Assembly (NCBI GenBank): GCA_947626205.1
Contig: CANQRO010000001.1
Location: 1-62,406 of the forward strand
From: an uncultured Clostridia bacterium
Lineage (GTDB): Bacteria; Bacillota; Clostridia; TANB77; CAG-508
Direction: 5' to 3'
DNA: 62,406 bases
In this document: one piece after another, positions 9,467 to 20,130 of the stretch
Position numbering within the stretch: the first letter of the stretch is position 1
Layout: each line of letters starts with the position of its first letter
Translations under genes and position numbers: made by a program
Notes under the pieces: model-generated
Databases searched by the model: none
What the model was told of the DNA's origin: nothing
What the model saw: the letters and a program-made list of their open reading frames with translations, nothing else

Positions 9467-10696
9467 TTAAGTATAAAAAAATTCTTTAATTCTCCCCATT
9501 ATTGTCATAAAGAAATTAGTATCTGATTTTACATCTATATTGCTAGATACAGTTTTTGCAAATGGTCGTGCTGCAATATATCTTACTAGTGAATAAGCAG
9601 AACGAAAACTTGGCTTAATTGTACTTACTAATCTTCCTGTAGAAATTTTAACAGGAATATTTAATGTAATTTTACCTGCTACGTCACTTTTATTAATATT
9701 TGTAATTCCTTGTCCTGTTAGCACTACATTATTAATTTTAGGTTTAATTCCTTGGTTAGTAATATCTTTATTAACTAAACTAAATATTTCTTCTATTCTA
9801 GCTTCTATAATTTCAATCAGCTCTGAACTTTTAATAATTTTATTCTTTCCATCACCCTTATAAGTATTTAGTATAATATCGTTATCGTTATCTATAAAGG
9901 ATTTTAAAGCTAGTCCATATTGTCTTTTTAATTTATCTGCTTCCTCTTCTGAAATATTTAGAACTAATGCAATATCACTTGTAATATTATCTCCACCTAA
10001 AGGAATTGTATTTGTATATATAAATGCTTCTCCTTCGAACACTCCTATATCTGTATTACCTGCACCTATATCTAATAACATAATATTATCATGTAATTCA
10101 TTAACATCTAATATTAAATTTCTTTCTGCAAGTGCATTTGGAACCATTCCGTCTATTTCTAATCCTGCTTTTTTAAATATTGCAGATAGTTGTCTTGTAT
10201 ATTCTTTATTGGCTAATATAATTTGTGCGTTTAATGTAAATTCTGAACTTAATTTTCCAACTGGATCAGATGTTTTAGAACCATCTTTTAAAACAAATTC
10301 GTATGGAACAATGTCTATAATTGTTTTTCCTTCTGGTACTTCAATATCCCTTACCTGCATAATGGATTGTCCTACATCTCTTACAGAAATAGCAGCATAT
10401 TTATCTTTTAATTCCTTTGTAACACTATTTTGTACAATTGTTACATATTTACCTGGAATTGTTACATAGGCAGAATTTATTTTAATATTAGCTTCATCTT
10501 CAGCATTTTGGATTGTTTTATCTATTGATAATGCAATCTCATCTTCATTAATTATTTTCCCTTTTTTGATACCACTACATTTTGTGCTAGTTGTGCAAAT
10601 AATTTCAACTTGGTTAAAATTGTTTACTTCTCCCACAACAGCTGATACTTTTGAAGTTCCGATATCAATTCCGACGATTATATCACCTATTGCCAA
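9467..10696 (-). CDS. ftsA: Cell division protein FtsA
   Basis: 409 aa, actin-like ATPase (VGIDIGTSK, LDIGAGNTDI), immediately upstream of ftsZ. Confidence 0.9.
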   Translation of the reverse strand: MAIGDIIVGIDIGTSKVSAVVGEVNNFNQVEIICTTSTKCSGIKKGKIINEDEIALSIDKTIQNAEDEANIKINSAYVTIPGKYVTIVQNSVTKELKDKYAAISVRDVGQSIMQVRDIEVPEGKTIIDIVPYEFVLKDGSKTSDPVGKLSSEFTLNAQIILANKEYTRQLSAIFKKAGLEIDGMVPNALAERNLILDVNELHDNIMLLDIGAGNTDIGVFEGEAFIYTNTIPLGGDNITSDIALVLNISEEEADKLKRQYGLALKSFIDNDNDIILNTYKGDGKNKIIKSSELIEIIEARIEEIFSLVNKDITNQGIKPKINNVVLTGQGITNINKSDVAGKITLNIPVKISTGRLVSTIKPSFRSAYSLVRYIAARPFAKTVSSNIDVKSDTNFFMTIMGRIKEFFYT

Positions 10697-10861
10697 AGCT
10701 TATTCCCCCATTTTTTAAGTATATTTTTTTACTTAGGTAAGAATATTATATTTTGGTAAAAAAGTCAAGAGTTTTTGTAATATTTTTGTAATATTTTTGT
10801 TCTTTTTTGTAATAATATTTTCGTACTTTTACAGTACCAAGCCTTTTCAATTTTTTAATAT

Positions 10862-11269
10862 TTATTCTTTAATGGTTTTACTGTTATTTTTATTTTCAAT
10901 TTCTTTTTTTTCACGCATCTTTCTTATTTTTTCTGTCCATTTATCAATATAATAACGTCGTATAATTGCAAGATTTACAAACATTCTACCTACAAATACA
11001 ACAATTGCAGCTAAATAAATATCCACATTTAATCTTTCTCCTAAATATGTAAGTAAAATAGATAATATTGCGTTTCCAAAGAAACCTGATACAAATATTT
11101 TTAGATCAAATTCACCCTTTAATACAGATGAAATTCCTCCAAATACAGAATCTAATGCAGCAATTATAGAAATTGCCAAATATCCAGATAAACTATATGG
11201 AATAATTGGTGCGTTTAATCCTGCTATTACACCTATAACACATCCAATAACTATTGCTATAAAAACCAT
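10862..11269 (-). CDS. sbp: Small basic membrane protein Sbp (DUF1290)
   Basis: 135 aa, hydrophobic with a basic tail, in the conserved position between the DUF881 genes and ftsA. Confidence 0.7.
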   Translation of the reverse strand: MVFIAIVIGCVIGVIAGLNAPIIPYSLSGYLAISIIAALDSVFGGISSVLKGEFDLKIFVSGFFGNAILSILLTYLGERLNVDIYLAAIVVFVGRMFVNLAIIRRYYIDKWTEKIRKMREKKEIENKNNSKTIKE

Positions 11270-12052
11270 CTATTTTTCCTCCCCTTTTGTTACTTCTTGA
11301 GCATATCTTAATTTAAAATTTTCCTCTCCATTATACTTCGGAATAACTATGTTATTTTGCACTTTTAAGGTTGCATTTGAATATCTACTAATAAATCCAG
11401 AAATTTTTGCAGTTAATGTACTTTCTAGTGTTTTTGGATCTCCTATTGCCTTAATTACATAAGGTGATGTTATTCTTTTTGAATTATCAATTAGAATATA
11501 AAAATCTTCTTTATAACTCTCATTGTCATCTTCTCCGCCTATCCAAATATTCATTATATTGGTCATATTAACAATCCTTTGATCATTTATACTGATAGCC
11601 TCTGCTCCTGCATATTTTAATTCATTTATTAATTCTAATAATTCTCTATCCTTTACTTTATTTTCTTCACTTTTATCATAAAAAGTAATTACTACTCCAT
11701 CTCCTGTTACATCTGTTAAACCTGCAATTGTTTGAGCTTGCAATAACTCTTTGTTTAGTAACTCTGTTGCTTCTTGGTTAGAGGCTCTTTTTTGTCTATA
11801 TTCTATTAATGTTTCATTATTTTGCAATAACTTCTCTTCTGTTGCATTATACCTTTCTTTCCAGCTTGCTAAACTTTCTGTTAATTCCGCTTCTCTCATT
11901 GTTTCTATTAAAGTTATGTTTGTTTCTTCTACTGTTTTGAATTGCATAAATATGATATATGTAAGAACAAAGCAAACAAGCCCAATTGTAATTGTCATAG
12001 TTCCTTTACCTTTTTTCATCTTTTTATTTATGTTAGTATAAAACCAACACAT
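11270..12052 (-). CDS. DUF881-domain division/cell-wall cluster protein
   Basis: N-terminal TM segment, then LTDVTGDGVVITFYD and GAEAISINDQRIV motifs. The start is uncertain (12052 or 12019). Confidence 0.75.
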   Translation of the reverse strand: MCWFYTNINKKMKKGKGTMTITIGLVCFVLTYIIFMQFKTVEETNITLIETMREAELTESLASWKERYNATEEKLLQNNETLIEYRQKRASNQEATELLNKELLQAQTIAGLTDVTGDGVVITFYDKSEENKVKDRELLELINELKYAGAEAISINDQRIVNMTNIMNIWIGGEDDNESYKEDFYILIDNSKRITSPYVIKAIGDPKTLESTLTAKISGFISRYSNATLKVQNNIVIPKYNGEENFKLRYAQEVTKGEEK

Positions 12053-12080
12053 TCTCCTTTCTTTTATAATATTACGATAC

Positions 12081-12794
12081 CTATTTTACATTTTTAATAT
12101 ATCTATTTGTTAATGCTCCATTAAATTTTTCAATAACTAAATGATCACTTTTTTTAGCCTCTATATTATTAAAACCATATTGTTCTTGTAACATATAAAT
12201 ATATCCCCCTGGTCGCATTATATTATTTATTCTACTTTGATCTCCAATTGCTTTAATTACAAAAGGACTTCCTATAATTTCACCATTTACTAATATAACC
12301 GTACCAGCACATGTAATAGTAGTAGATGGAACTATTCTTTCTCCATTTATACTAATAGCCTCTACGCCATTGTTTTTTAATTCGTTTACTATTCTTCTTA
12401 AATCATCATCGTGAATTAAGTCATTTGAAGTTGAAAATGTTGAAGGTGTATTATCGTATAAGGTAATAATCATTCCTTCACCTTGTACATCTGTTAAACC
12501 TAAATATGTATTTATTCTTTTTAATTCTTCCTGCTTTTCTAATGAAGAATCATCAGATGAAGTACTAACTTTTCTTTCTTCTTCTAGCTGTTTTTCAGAT
12601 AATTGTAATTGTTCATAAATCACATCATATTTTTCTTTCCATCTTAATACTTCATCACGTAAATCATTTTCTCTATATGTATTGCCAGCAATTGAAATTA
12701 AATTATTGGTAGTTCTCAATTGTACCATAATACTAAATGTTAATAATATACATGTAATTCCTAGTATAATTGCGATTTCATGTTTTTTCTTCAT
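12081..12794 (-). CDS. DUF881-domain protein (paralog)
   Basis: Contains LTDVQGEGMIITLYD and GVEAISINGERIV, with the same architecture as the neighbouring gene. Confidence 0.75.
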   Translation of the reverse strand: MKKKHEIAIILGITCILLTFSIMVQLRTTNNLISIAGNTYRENDLRDEVLRWKEKYDVIYEQLQLSEKQLEEERKVSTSSDDSSLEKQEELKRINTYLGLTDVQGEGMIITLYDNTPSTFSTSNDLIHDDDLRRIVNELKNNGVEAISINGERIVPSTTITCAGTVILVNGEIIGSPFVIKAIGDQSRINNIMRPGGYIYMLQEQYGFNNIEAKKSDHLVIEKFNGALTNRYIKNVK

Positions 12795-12899
12795 TGTCTA
12801 TTTTTCCTTATAATTCAATATTTAGGTTTTTAAAGGATGCCTATAAACCATTAATTTTTTATATAATTTGTTTTATACTAACTTTTTAAAATATACTTT

Positions 12900-14033
12900 T
12901 TATGAATCTTGTCTAAAATATGCTTTTTCCGTATTTAAATTACCATTTACAAAGATTTCTCCTTCTAAACCTTTTGTATCTTGTAAAGCAACTTTTAGAT
13001 ATAATAATCTATTACTTAAATTCGTTAAATTTCCTAAATGAACTACCTTTTTTCCTCCGTCCATTGTCAATTTATAATCTTCTTTGTTTGAAATATCTAT
13101 TCTACTAATATCTTCTTGTATTTCATTTGAATGTATTGCTTCTATTACTCCTAATATACTTTCTAATTTAGATAAATCTTCCTGGCATAATCGTTTACCA
13201 ACACTTATTTCTTCATTTGGTGTTATATATCCAATAATAATTGGTAATTCAAGCTTATTCTGATTTGCCTCTAAAATATATCCTTGATTATTTATATAAA
13301 TATAACTTCCTGCATATTCAATCATGAATGTTGCTTTTCTTTCTGTAATTTCAAGTTCTATTGTACTTGGTAATTTTCTAATAACATTAACTTTATCTAT
13401 GTATGCTTCTTGCTTTATATTTTTTATTATTTTACTACGCATATTTCTAAATATATTATCTTCAAATTGAATTTGAGATAAACTAATAATTGTATCTGTA
13501 CTTATTTTTTCATTTCCTGTTACTATTATTTCTTTTATATTAAATACAGGAGATAATAAGAAAAACATAAATGCAATACCTAAAGAAAGCATTAATATAA
13601 TCCATTTAGCAACCTTTATAGCTGTTGCATTTTCTACATTCGGCTTGTCCTTTGTTTTTAATTGTTTATTTTTTTTATTACCTGGAGCAGATTTTTTTTC
13701 TGCTCCACTATTTTTTATTTTATCTTTTTTTACGTTAGATTTTTTTACTTTTTTAATATTCTTCTTATTATTAACTTTAGAACCTTTTTTATTGGCTGTA
13801 GATGTTTTACTATTTTTCTTTTTATTTAGTTGCTTGTTTTCTACTTTTGTAACTCCTATAACTATTTCATCATCAAAATTAAAAACATCATCATATGCTT
13901 CTACTCTACTTTTATTTGGTTTTTGTTTTACACTTTTTTTAACAGTCTTTTTTACTTGATTCTTTTTTTTATCTTTATTATATTTATCGTCCAAATATAA
14001 AAAGTTAAGTTCTGTATTTTTATTTTTTCCCAT
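12900..14033 (-). CDS. divIB: Cell division protein DivIB/FtsQ with a long Lys-rich N-terminal tail
   Basis: One TM segment followed by a POTRA-like segment (FNIKEIIVTGNEKISTDTII), located between murA and the DUF881 genes. Confidence 0.75.
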   Translation of the reverse strand: MGKNKNTELNFLYLDDKYNKDKKKNQVKKTVKKSVKQKPNKSRVEAYDDVFNFDDEIVIGVTKVENKQLNKKKNSKTSTANKKGSKVNNKKNIKKVKKSNVKKDKIKNSGAEKKSAPGNKKNKQLKTKDKPNVENATAIKVAKWIILMLSLGIAFMFFLLSPVFNIKEIIVTGNEKISTDTIISLSQIQFEDNIFRNMRSKIIKNIKQEAYIDKVNVIRKLPSTIELEITERKATFMIEYAGSYIYINNQGYILEANQNKLELPIIIGYITPNEEISVGKRLCQEDLSKLESILGVIEAIHSNEIQEDISRIDISNKEDYKLTMDGGKKVVHLGNLTNLSNRLLYLKVALQDTKGLEGEIFVNGNLNTEKAYFRQDS

Positions 14034-15287
14034 CTACACCACTTCTTTCGTAATTTTTGCTCCCAAATTACTTAATTTCTTATCTAGATTTTCATATCCT
14101 CTCAAAATGTATTCTATTTTATCAATTTTAGTCTTTCCACTTGCTATAAGCCCCGCCAACACTAATGCAGCTCCTCCTCTTAAGTCTGTTGCACTAACAG
14201 ATGCTCCACTTAGTTTTCTAACACCTTTTACTATAGCTGTTTTTCCTTCTATTATTATTTTAGCTCCCATTCTTTTTAATTCTGCTGTATATTTGTATCT
14301 ATTTTCGAATATATTCTCTGTTATTACAGATGTTCCTTTTGCTACTGTTAGCATACTTAAAAAAATTGCTTGCATATCTGTAGGAAAACCCGGATAAGGC
14401 ATTGTTTTAATTTCTATTCCTTGTAGTTTCTTTGGTGCTTTTAGCTCAATTTCATTTTTTCTAATTTCTACGTTGCACCCACACTCTTGTAATTTATCTA
14501 ATACTGGTGTTAAGTGCTCTGCACATGCGTTTTTTAATATAATATGCCCTGCTGTTGCTGCTGTACAACATAATAGCGTTCCAGCTTCTATTCTATCTGG
14601 CATAATCTTGTAACCTTGATCTTTTAATGAACTTACACCCTTAATAATAATTTCACTTGTTCCAGCGCCTTCAATTTTAGCTCCCATTTTATTTAAAAAA
14701 TTCTGTAAATCTACAATTTCTGGTTCCATTGCTGCATTAGAAATAATTGTAGTATTTTTAGCTAAAGTTGCCGCTAATATAGCGTTTTCAGTTGCTCCTA
14801 CACTTGGAAAATCTAAATGAATTTTTTCTCCCAATATTGTATCACAAATACAGGTAATAAATCCAGTATTTTCACTAATATTTATACCTAATTTTTCAAA
14901 AGCTTTTAAATGTAAATCAATTGGTCTTGCTCCAATATCACATCCTCCAGGATATGAAAAGGTTGCTTTGCCTGTTCTACCTAATAATGCCCCTGCTAAT
15001 ATAACTGATGAACGCATTTTTCTCATTAATTCTTCTGGAATTTCGTACCTTGTTATGCATCTAGCATCAATCGTTATTTTATCATGATTTTTCTTCACTT
15101 TGCAACCCAAATATCTTAATATATCAATCATAACTTTTGTATCATGTATATCTGGAACATTATATAATCTTGTAATACCTTTATTTAAAATGGAAGCAGC
15201 AAGTATTGGTAATGATGCATTTTTAGATCCAGAAACATATGCTTCTCCTTGTAGCTTTCTTCCTCCATGTATTATATATGTAGACAT
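14034..15287 (-). CDS. murA: UDP-N-acetylglucosamine 1-carboxyvinyltransferase MurA
   Basis: 417 aa. Contains GSKNASLPILAA and the active-site loop YPGGCDIGARPIDLH. Confidence 0.95.
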   Translation of the reverse strand: MSTYIIHGGRKLQGEAYVSGSKNASLPILAASILNKGITRLYNVPDIHDTKVMIDILRYLGCKVKKNHDKITIDARCITRYEIPEELMRKMRSSVILAGALLGRTGKATFSYPGGCDIGARPIDLHLKAFEKLGINISENTGFITCICDTILGEKIHLDFPSVGATENAILAATLAKNTTIISNAAMEPEIVDLQNFLNKMGAKIEGAGTSEIIIKGVSSLKDQGYKIMPDRIEAGTLLCCTAATAGHIILKNACAEHLTPVLDKLQECGCNVEIRKNEIELKAPKKLQGIEIKTMPYPGFPTDMQAIFLSMLTVAKGTSVITENIFENRYKYTAELKRMGAKIIIEGKTAIVKGVRKLSGASVSATDLRGGAALVLAGLIASGKTKIDKIEYILRGYENLDKKLSNLGAKITKEVV

Positions 15288-15516
15288 ATTAAAAAAATCC
15301 CCCTCCTTATGTAATATATTTTATGCTAACTACATAAATTGGGTGATTTTACTACCTTATTATTTCCAACTTTTAACACTCTCCCGACGTCAGCAAAGTG
15401 TTTCTCTTGTGTAATCTCACTGCCTTTACAAGCATATTTAACTTTAGTATTTAATTTTAAAATTTCTCCATTTGCTATATTCTAACGTTGTAATTAACTT
15501 TCTTGCATACCAAAAC

Positions 15517-15560
15517 TAAAAAAAGAAAGTTTCTAGATGTAATAAACACATCCAGAAACT
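15517..15560 (-). terminator. Intrinsic terminator of the island B ORF
   Basis: agtttctagatgt (15528-15540) pairs with acatccagaaact (15548-15560) with one mismatch, followed by a T-run on the minus strand (15517-15524). Confidence 0.6.
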
Positions 15561-15568
15561 TTGCTTTT

Positions 15569-16069
15569 TTAGATCACATGTGTGAGACTCATAAAAAAGT
15601 CTCTATTGATTCGTGTGCTGTTGATGAAGATGTCAACCGCCACTTCATCATTGACAGCCTGCTTTGCCTTTTTCAGTTCATACGGCATAAAGGCATACCT
15701 CTTGCTGTGCCTTTGGTAATGATCGACAAAATCATTACACTCAAGATCCCAGACGGCGATCACGATGGGGCAGAGCTTTAGTTGCTTATACTCGTCAGGG
15801 TTAAACCCTTCTTTCATAGTAAGTCTAGCAGTTGTCCGCCAAACTTTCCTCTTCTTAAGGCCTTTTCCTACGATTACTCTTGTAGAAGACATTTCGGAAA
15901 TTTCAAAATACTCTCCGAATCTCTGCACAATTTCCTTATCTTCTACAACACCGTCGCTCTTACGAGCGACCCAGCCGATATAGTCTATCGACTGCCTCCG
16001 GCAGAATTCCTCTACCGAAAGCTCTGCTTCTTTGTGGTCTAGTGTCAGAATAAGAAATTTCTTATCCAT
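15569..16069 (-). CDS. Hypothetical protein (166 aa) on a G+C-rich single-gene island B
   Basis: Intact ORF with its own SD (GAAAGGAG), promoter and terminator. It is much G+C-richer than its flanks and contains two in-frame CGG codons. I recognise no family. Confidence 0.55.
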   Translation of the reverse strand: MDKKFLILTLDHKEAELSVEEFCRRQSIDYIGWVARKSDGVVEDKEIVQRFGEYFEISEMSSTRVIVGKGLKKRKVWRTTARLTMKEGFNPDEYKQLKLCPIVIAVWDLECNDFVDHYQRHSKRYAFMPYELKKAKQAVNDEVAVDIFINSTRINRDFFMSLTHVI

Positions 16070-16118
16070 TCTTTTGCTCCTTTCTACTCTACATCCCTTT
16101 ATTGGGTTCTTCTTTTTA

Positions 16119-16147
16119 ATTATACCACTTTATGTTACTTTTAGCAA
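16119..16147 (-). promoter_or_regulatory. Promoter for the island B ORF
   Basis: On the minus strand: TTGCTA (16147-16142), a 17-nt spacer, then TGgTATAAT (-10 at 16124-16119). Confidence 0.45.
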
Positions 16148-16170
16148 ATTTTATACTGTTTTTTAGAGAT

Positions 16171-16186
16171 ATTGACGTATGTCAAT
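16171..16186. promoter_or_regulatory. Perfect 6-4-6 palindrome, ATTGAC-GTAT-GTCAAT (operator-like)
   Basis: Read directly. It lies between the island B promoter and cdd. Confidence 0.3.
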
Positions 16187-16285
16187 TTATTATATATAAT
16201 CAAATAAATTATATTAAAATAGTTTTTAATATAATTTAAACCTCGTATGAATATAGCATTTAGGGGTAGAAAGGTTGTGAAAATT

Positions 16286-16678
16286 ATGGAAATTAAAGAT
16301 GCTATTCAAATTGCAAAAAATGTTAGAAAATATGCCTGTTCTGATATTTATTTAGTTGGTGCTTGTTTAGTTTGTAAATCTGGCAAAGCATACTCTGGAT
16401 GTAATATTGAAAACAGTGGAATACAAAGTATTTGTGCTGAACGTACTGCTTTTGTTAAGGCTTTATCTGAAGGTGAAAGAGATTTTAGTTACATTGTTGT
16501 ATGTGGCGGAAAAAAAGGTAGCAATGAATTAGATGAATGTTTGCCTTGTGGTTATTGTAGACAATTTATGAAACAATATGTAGATAACAATTTTAAAATT
16601 TATGCATATTCTGGTGATAATAATGAATTAAAAGAATATTCTATAAATGATCTATTGCCTCATGCTTTTTCTTTATAA
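16286..16678 (+). CDS. cdd: Cytidine deaminase
   Basis: Contains CAERTA and PCGYCRQ zinc-binding motifs. The start is placed at the ATG (MEIKD) following GAAAGG. Confidence 0.85.
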   Translation: MEIKDAIQIAKNVRKYACSDIYLVGACLVCKSGKAYSGCNIENSGIQSICAERTAFVKALSEGERDFSYIVVCGGKKGSNELDECLPCGYCRQFMKQYVDNNFKIYAYSGDNNELKEYSINDLLPHAFSL

Positions 16679-16748
16679 TATATAAAAATTAGAAATTTAT
16701 ATACAAGATAAAAAGACTCCAACTTTAATTATAGTTGGAGTCCTTATT

Positions 16749-18509
16749 TTATTCTTTTATATCTAATTTAATATGAACATCTTTTAATTGTTCTTCTGTT
16801 ACTTTACTTGGTGCTCTCATTAATAAATCTCTTGCTTTTTTATTTTTAGGGAATGCAATAACTTGCCTTAAATTTTCTTCCCCTGCTATTAACATTACCA
16901 TACGGTCTAAGCCAGGTGCTGCTCCTGCATGTGGTGGTGTTCCATATTGGAATGCATTAAATAATGCACCAAATCTTTCTTCTACATCTTCTCTTTTATA
17001 CCCTGCAATTTCAAAAGCTTTTACCATTAATTCTGGATCATGATTTCTTACTGCTCCTGATGCCATTTCATATCCATTACATACTAAATCATATTGGTAA
17101 GCAAGTATTTCTAAAGGATCTTTTGTATTTAAAGCTTCTATTCCCCCTTGTGGCATAGAAAATGGATTATGGTTAAAATCTATTGTTCCTTCATCTGATA
17201 ATTCATACATAGGAAAATCTACAATAAAGCAGAAACGATATACATCTTTTTCTAATAAATCTAATCTATTTCCAAGTTCAATACGTACTCCTCCTGCAAT
17301 TTTCTGTGCTTTTACAAATTCATCTGCTATAAAGAATAACGCATAATTTTCTTTTGCCCCTGTTATAGATAAAATTTCTTCTTTTTGAGAGTCATTTATA
17401 AATTTTGAAATTCCTCCATTTAAGTTCTTTTCGCCATCTACTTTTACCCATGCTAGACCTTTTGCATCTAAATTACTTACAGCAAATTCACTCATATTAT
17501 CAAAGAACTTTCTAGGTAAATCTTCTTTCATTTCTACTGCAATAGCTTTTACAGTTTTACCTTTAAATGCATTAAATTCTGTATTCTCAAATACTTTTGT
17601 TACATCACAAATTATAAGTGGATTTCTTAAATCTGGTTTATCTATACCGTATTTTTCCATTGCCTCTTTATATGGAATACGTATAAATGGTGCTTTATCT
17701 ACTTTGAAATTTGTAAATTTTTCAAATACTTCTGGTATAACTTCTTCTATAACTGCAAATACGTCTTCTTGATCTGCGAAACTCATTTCAAAATCTAATT
17801 GATAAAATTCACCTGGTGCACGGTCTGCACGAGGGTCCTCATCTCTAAAGCATGGCGCTATTTGATAATATTTACTAAAACCTGATACCATTAATAATTG
17901 TTTAAATTGTTGTGGTGCTTGAGGTAAAGCATAAAATTCACCTGGATGCAATCTACTTGGTACTAAATAATCTCTTGCTCCCTCTGGTGATGAATTAGCT
18001 AAAATTGGAGTTTGAACTTCTATAAATCCTAATTCATCCATTTTATTTCTTAATGTTTTAATTATATTTGAACGTAGAATAATGTTTTTATGAAGATGTT
18101 CATTTCTAAGTTCTAGAAAACGATATTCTAAACGTAAATCTTCTCTTACATTATTTAAATTTTCAGAAGTTGTTTCAAATGGTAATACATTTTTACATTT
18201 ACCAAGAATAGTAATATTACTTGCTACTACTTCTATTTCTCCTGTTGGCATTTTTTCATTTTTGCTTGCTCTTTCTACTACCTTACCATCTACCATAATG
18301 CAAGTTTCTGTTGTTAAATCTTTTAACATATCTTCACTATTAGAATTATTTTCTACTACAATTTGAGTAATACCTTCTTCATCTCTTAAATCTATAAAGG
18401 TCATTCCACCTAAATTTCTAATTTTTTGTATCCATCCTGAAAGTCTTACTGTTTTTCCGGAATCACTTATTCTTAATTCCCCACAGTTGTTTGTTTTATA
18501 GTTACTCAT
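16749..18509 (-). CDS. aspS: Aspartate--tRNA ligase
   Basis: 586 aa, bacterial-type class IIb. Contains FIDLRD, QSPQ-like PQQFKQLLM, FRDED and GLDR motifs. Confidence 0.95.
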   Translation of the reverse strand: MSNYKTNNCGELRISDSGKTVRLSGWIQKIRNLGGMTFIDLRDEEGITQIVVENNSNSEDMLKDLTTETCIMVDGKVVERASKNEKMPTGEIEVVASNITILGKCKNVLPFETTSENLNNVREDLRLEYRFLELRNEHLHKNIILRSNIIKTLRNKMDELGFIEVQTPILANSSPEGARDYLVPSRLHPGEFYALPQAPQQFKQLLMVSGFSKYYQIAPCFRDEDPRADRAPGEFYQLDFEMSFADQEDVFAVIEEVIPEVFEKFTNFKVDKAPFIRIPYKEAMEKYGIDKPDLRNPLIICDVTKVFENTEFNAFKGKTVKAIAVEMKEDLPRKFFDNMSEFAVSNLDAKGLAWVKVDGEKNLNGGISKFINDSQKEEILSITGAKENYALFFIADEFVKAQKIAGGVRIELGNRLDLLEKDVYRFCFIVDFPMYELSDEGTIDFNHNPFSMPQGGIEALNTKDPLEILAYQYDLVCNGYEMASGAVRNHDPELMVKAFEIAGYKREDVEERFGALFNAFQYGTPPHAGAAPGLDRMVMLIAGEENLRQVIAFPKNKKARDLLMRAPSKVTEEQLKDVHIKLDIKE

Positions 18510-18645
18510 ATTTTTCCTCCATATAAATTACTTTTGCTATCTATTTTATAACTTTTTTTTAAAAAAGTCTATAAAGTATGATTAAATTCTTGAATTTATG
18601 TTAATATTTTTATATAATAACTATTGTTTAAAGGGAGGATTAAAA

Positions 18646-20040
18646 ATGAAAACTAAATTAACAATTAAAGAACTATATAAAAATACGAATTTATATTTAG
18701 AAAAAGAAGTTACTTTAGAAGGATGGGTCAAAACAGTTCGTGATTCAAAAACTTTTGGTTTTATTGAATTAAATGATGGATCATTTTTTAAGAATGTACA
18801 AATAGTATTTGATGAAGCTTTATCAAACTTCAGTGATATATGTAAATTAAGTATTAGTTCATCTATAAAAGTAACTGGAACAGTTGTAGAAACAAAAGAA
18901 GCAAAACAACCTTTTGAAATAAAAGCAACATCAATAGAAATATATAATTTATGTGATAGTGATTATCCTCTTCAAAAGAAAAGACATTCTTTTGAATATT
19001 TAAGAACTATTGCACATTTACGTCCAAGAACGAACACTTTTAATGCAGTTTTCCGCGTTCGTTCTGCTGCATCTTATGCAATTCATAAATTCTTTCAAGA
19101 GAGAAACTTTGTATATGTTCATTCTCCTATTATCACATCTAGTGATGCAGAAGGAGCTGGCGAAATGTTTCGTGTAACGAATTTTGATTTAAACTCTCTT
19201 CCAAAAACAGATGACGGACTAGTAGATGACAGTAAAGATTTCTTTGGTAGACCTGCTCATTTAACAGTAAGTGGTCAACTTGATGTTGAGAATTATGCTT
19301 TTGCTTTTAGAAATGTATATACATTTGGTCCTACATTTCGTGCTGAAAATTCTAACACAGTAAAGCACGCAGCAGAATTTTGGATGATTGAACCTGAAAT
19401 TTGTTTTGCTGATTTAAAAGATGATATGGATTTAGCAGAAGACATGTTAAAATTTATTATTTCTTATGTATTAGAAACTTGTCCAGAAGAAATGGCTTTC
19501 TTTAATCAATTTGTAGATACTACTTTACTAGAACGTTTAAGCAATGTATTAAATTCAGATTTTGGGCGTATTAGCTATACAGATGCTGTAAAAGAATTAG
19601 AAAAAGTAAATGATAAATTTGAATTTCCTGTAAGCTGGGGATGTGATTTGCAAACAGAACATGAACGTTACTTAAGTGAAGTAATCTTCAAAAAGCCAGT
19701 ATTTGTTACAGATTATCCTATGGATATAAAGGCCTTCTATATGAAGCAAAATCCAGATGGAAAAACAGTAGCAGCAGCTGATCTTTTAGCTCCTGGTATT
19801 GGTGAAATTATAGGAGGAAGCCAAAGAGAAGAAGATTTAGCAAAGTTAGAAAAACGTATGAATGATTTAGGTCTTAAAAAAGATGACTACTGGTGGTATT
19901 TAGATTTACGTCGTTTTGGAAGTGTAGTTCATTCTGGCTTCGGTCTTGGTTTTGAAAGATTAATAATGTATATAACAGGAATGCAAAATATACGTGATGT
20001 AATACCTTTCCCAAGAACTCCAAATAATTGTGAATTTTAA
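18646..20040 (+). CDS. asnS: Asparagine--tRNA ligase
   Basis: 464 aa counted from the ATG after AGGGAGG. Contains [21 protein letters not shown] and GFGLGFERL motifs. Confidence 0.93.
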   Translation: MKTKLTIKELYKNTNLYLEKEVTLEGWVKTVRDSKTFGFIELNDGSFFKNVQIVFDEALSNFSDICKLSISSSIKVTGTVVETKEAKQPFEIKATSIEIYNLCDSDYPLQKKRHSFEYLRTIAHLRPRTNTFNAVFRVRSAASYAIHKFFQERNFVYVHSPIITSSDAEGAGEMFRVTNFDLNSLPKTDDGLVDDSKDFFGRPAHLTVSGQLDVENYAFAFRNVYTFGPTFRAENSNTVKHAAEFWMIEPEICFADLKDDMDLAEDMLKFIISYVLETCPEEMAFFNQFVDTTLLERLSNVLNSDFGRISYTDAVKELEKVNDKFEFPVSWGCDLQTEHERYLSEVIFKKPVFVTDYPMDIKAFYMKQNPDGKTVAAADLLAPGIGEIIGGSQREEDLAKLEKRMNDLGLKKDDYWWYLDLRRFGSVVHSGFGLGFERLIMYITGMQNIRDVIPFPRTPNNCEF

Positions 20041-20094
20041 TATGCGTTATAACTTGAAAAAATATTTTTACTATATTTATAAAATATTTTTTCA

Positions 20095-20130
20095 TAAAAA
20101 ATGTGTCCTAGTACATAGGACACATTTTTT
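20095..20130. terminator. Bidirectional intrinsic terminator
   Basis: aaaaaatgtgtccta / taggacacatttttt with a 5-nt loop. Confidence 0.8.

Noticed and set aside
15500-16150. The G+C-rich islands as prophage, IS or integrative-element remnants.
   Set aside because: I could find no integrase, transposase, terminal inverted repeats or target-site duplications. Each island is a single ORF, so I report them only as compositional islands.
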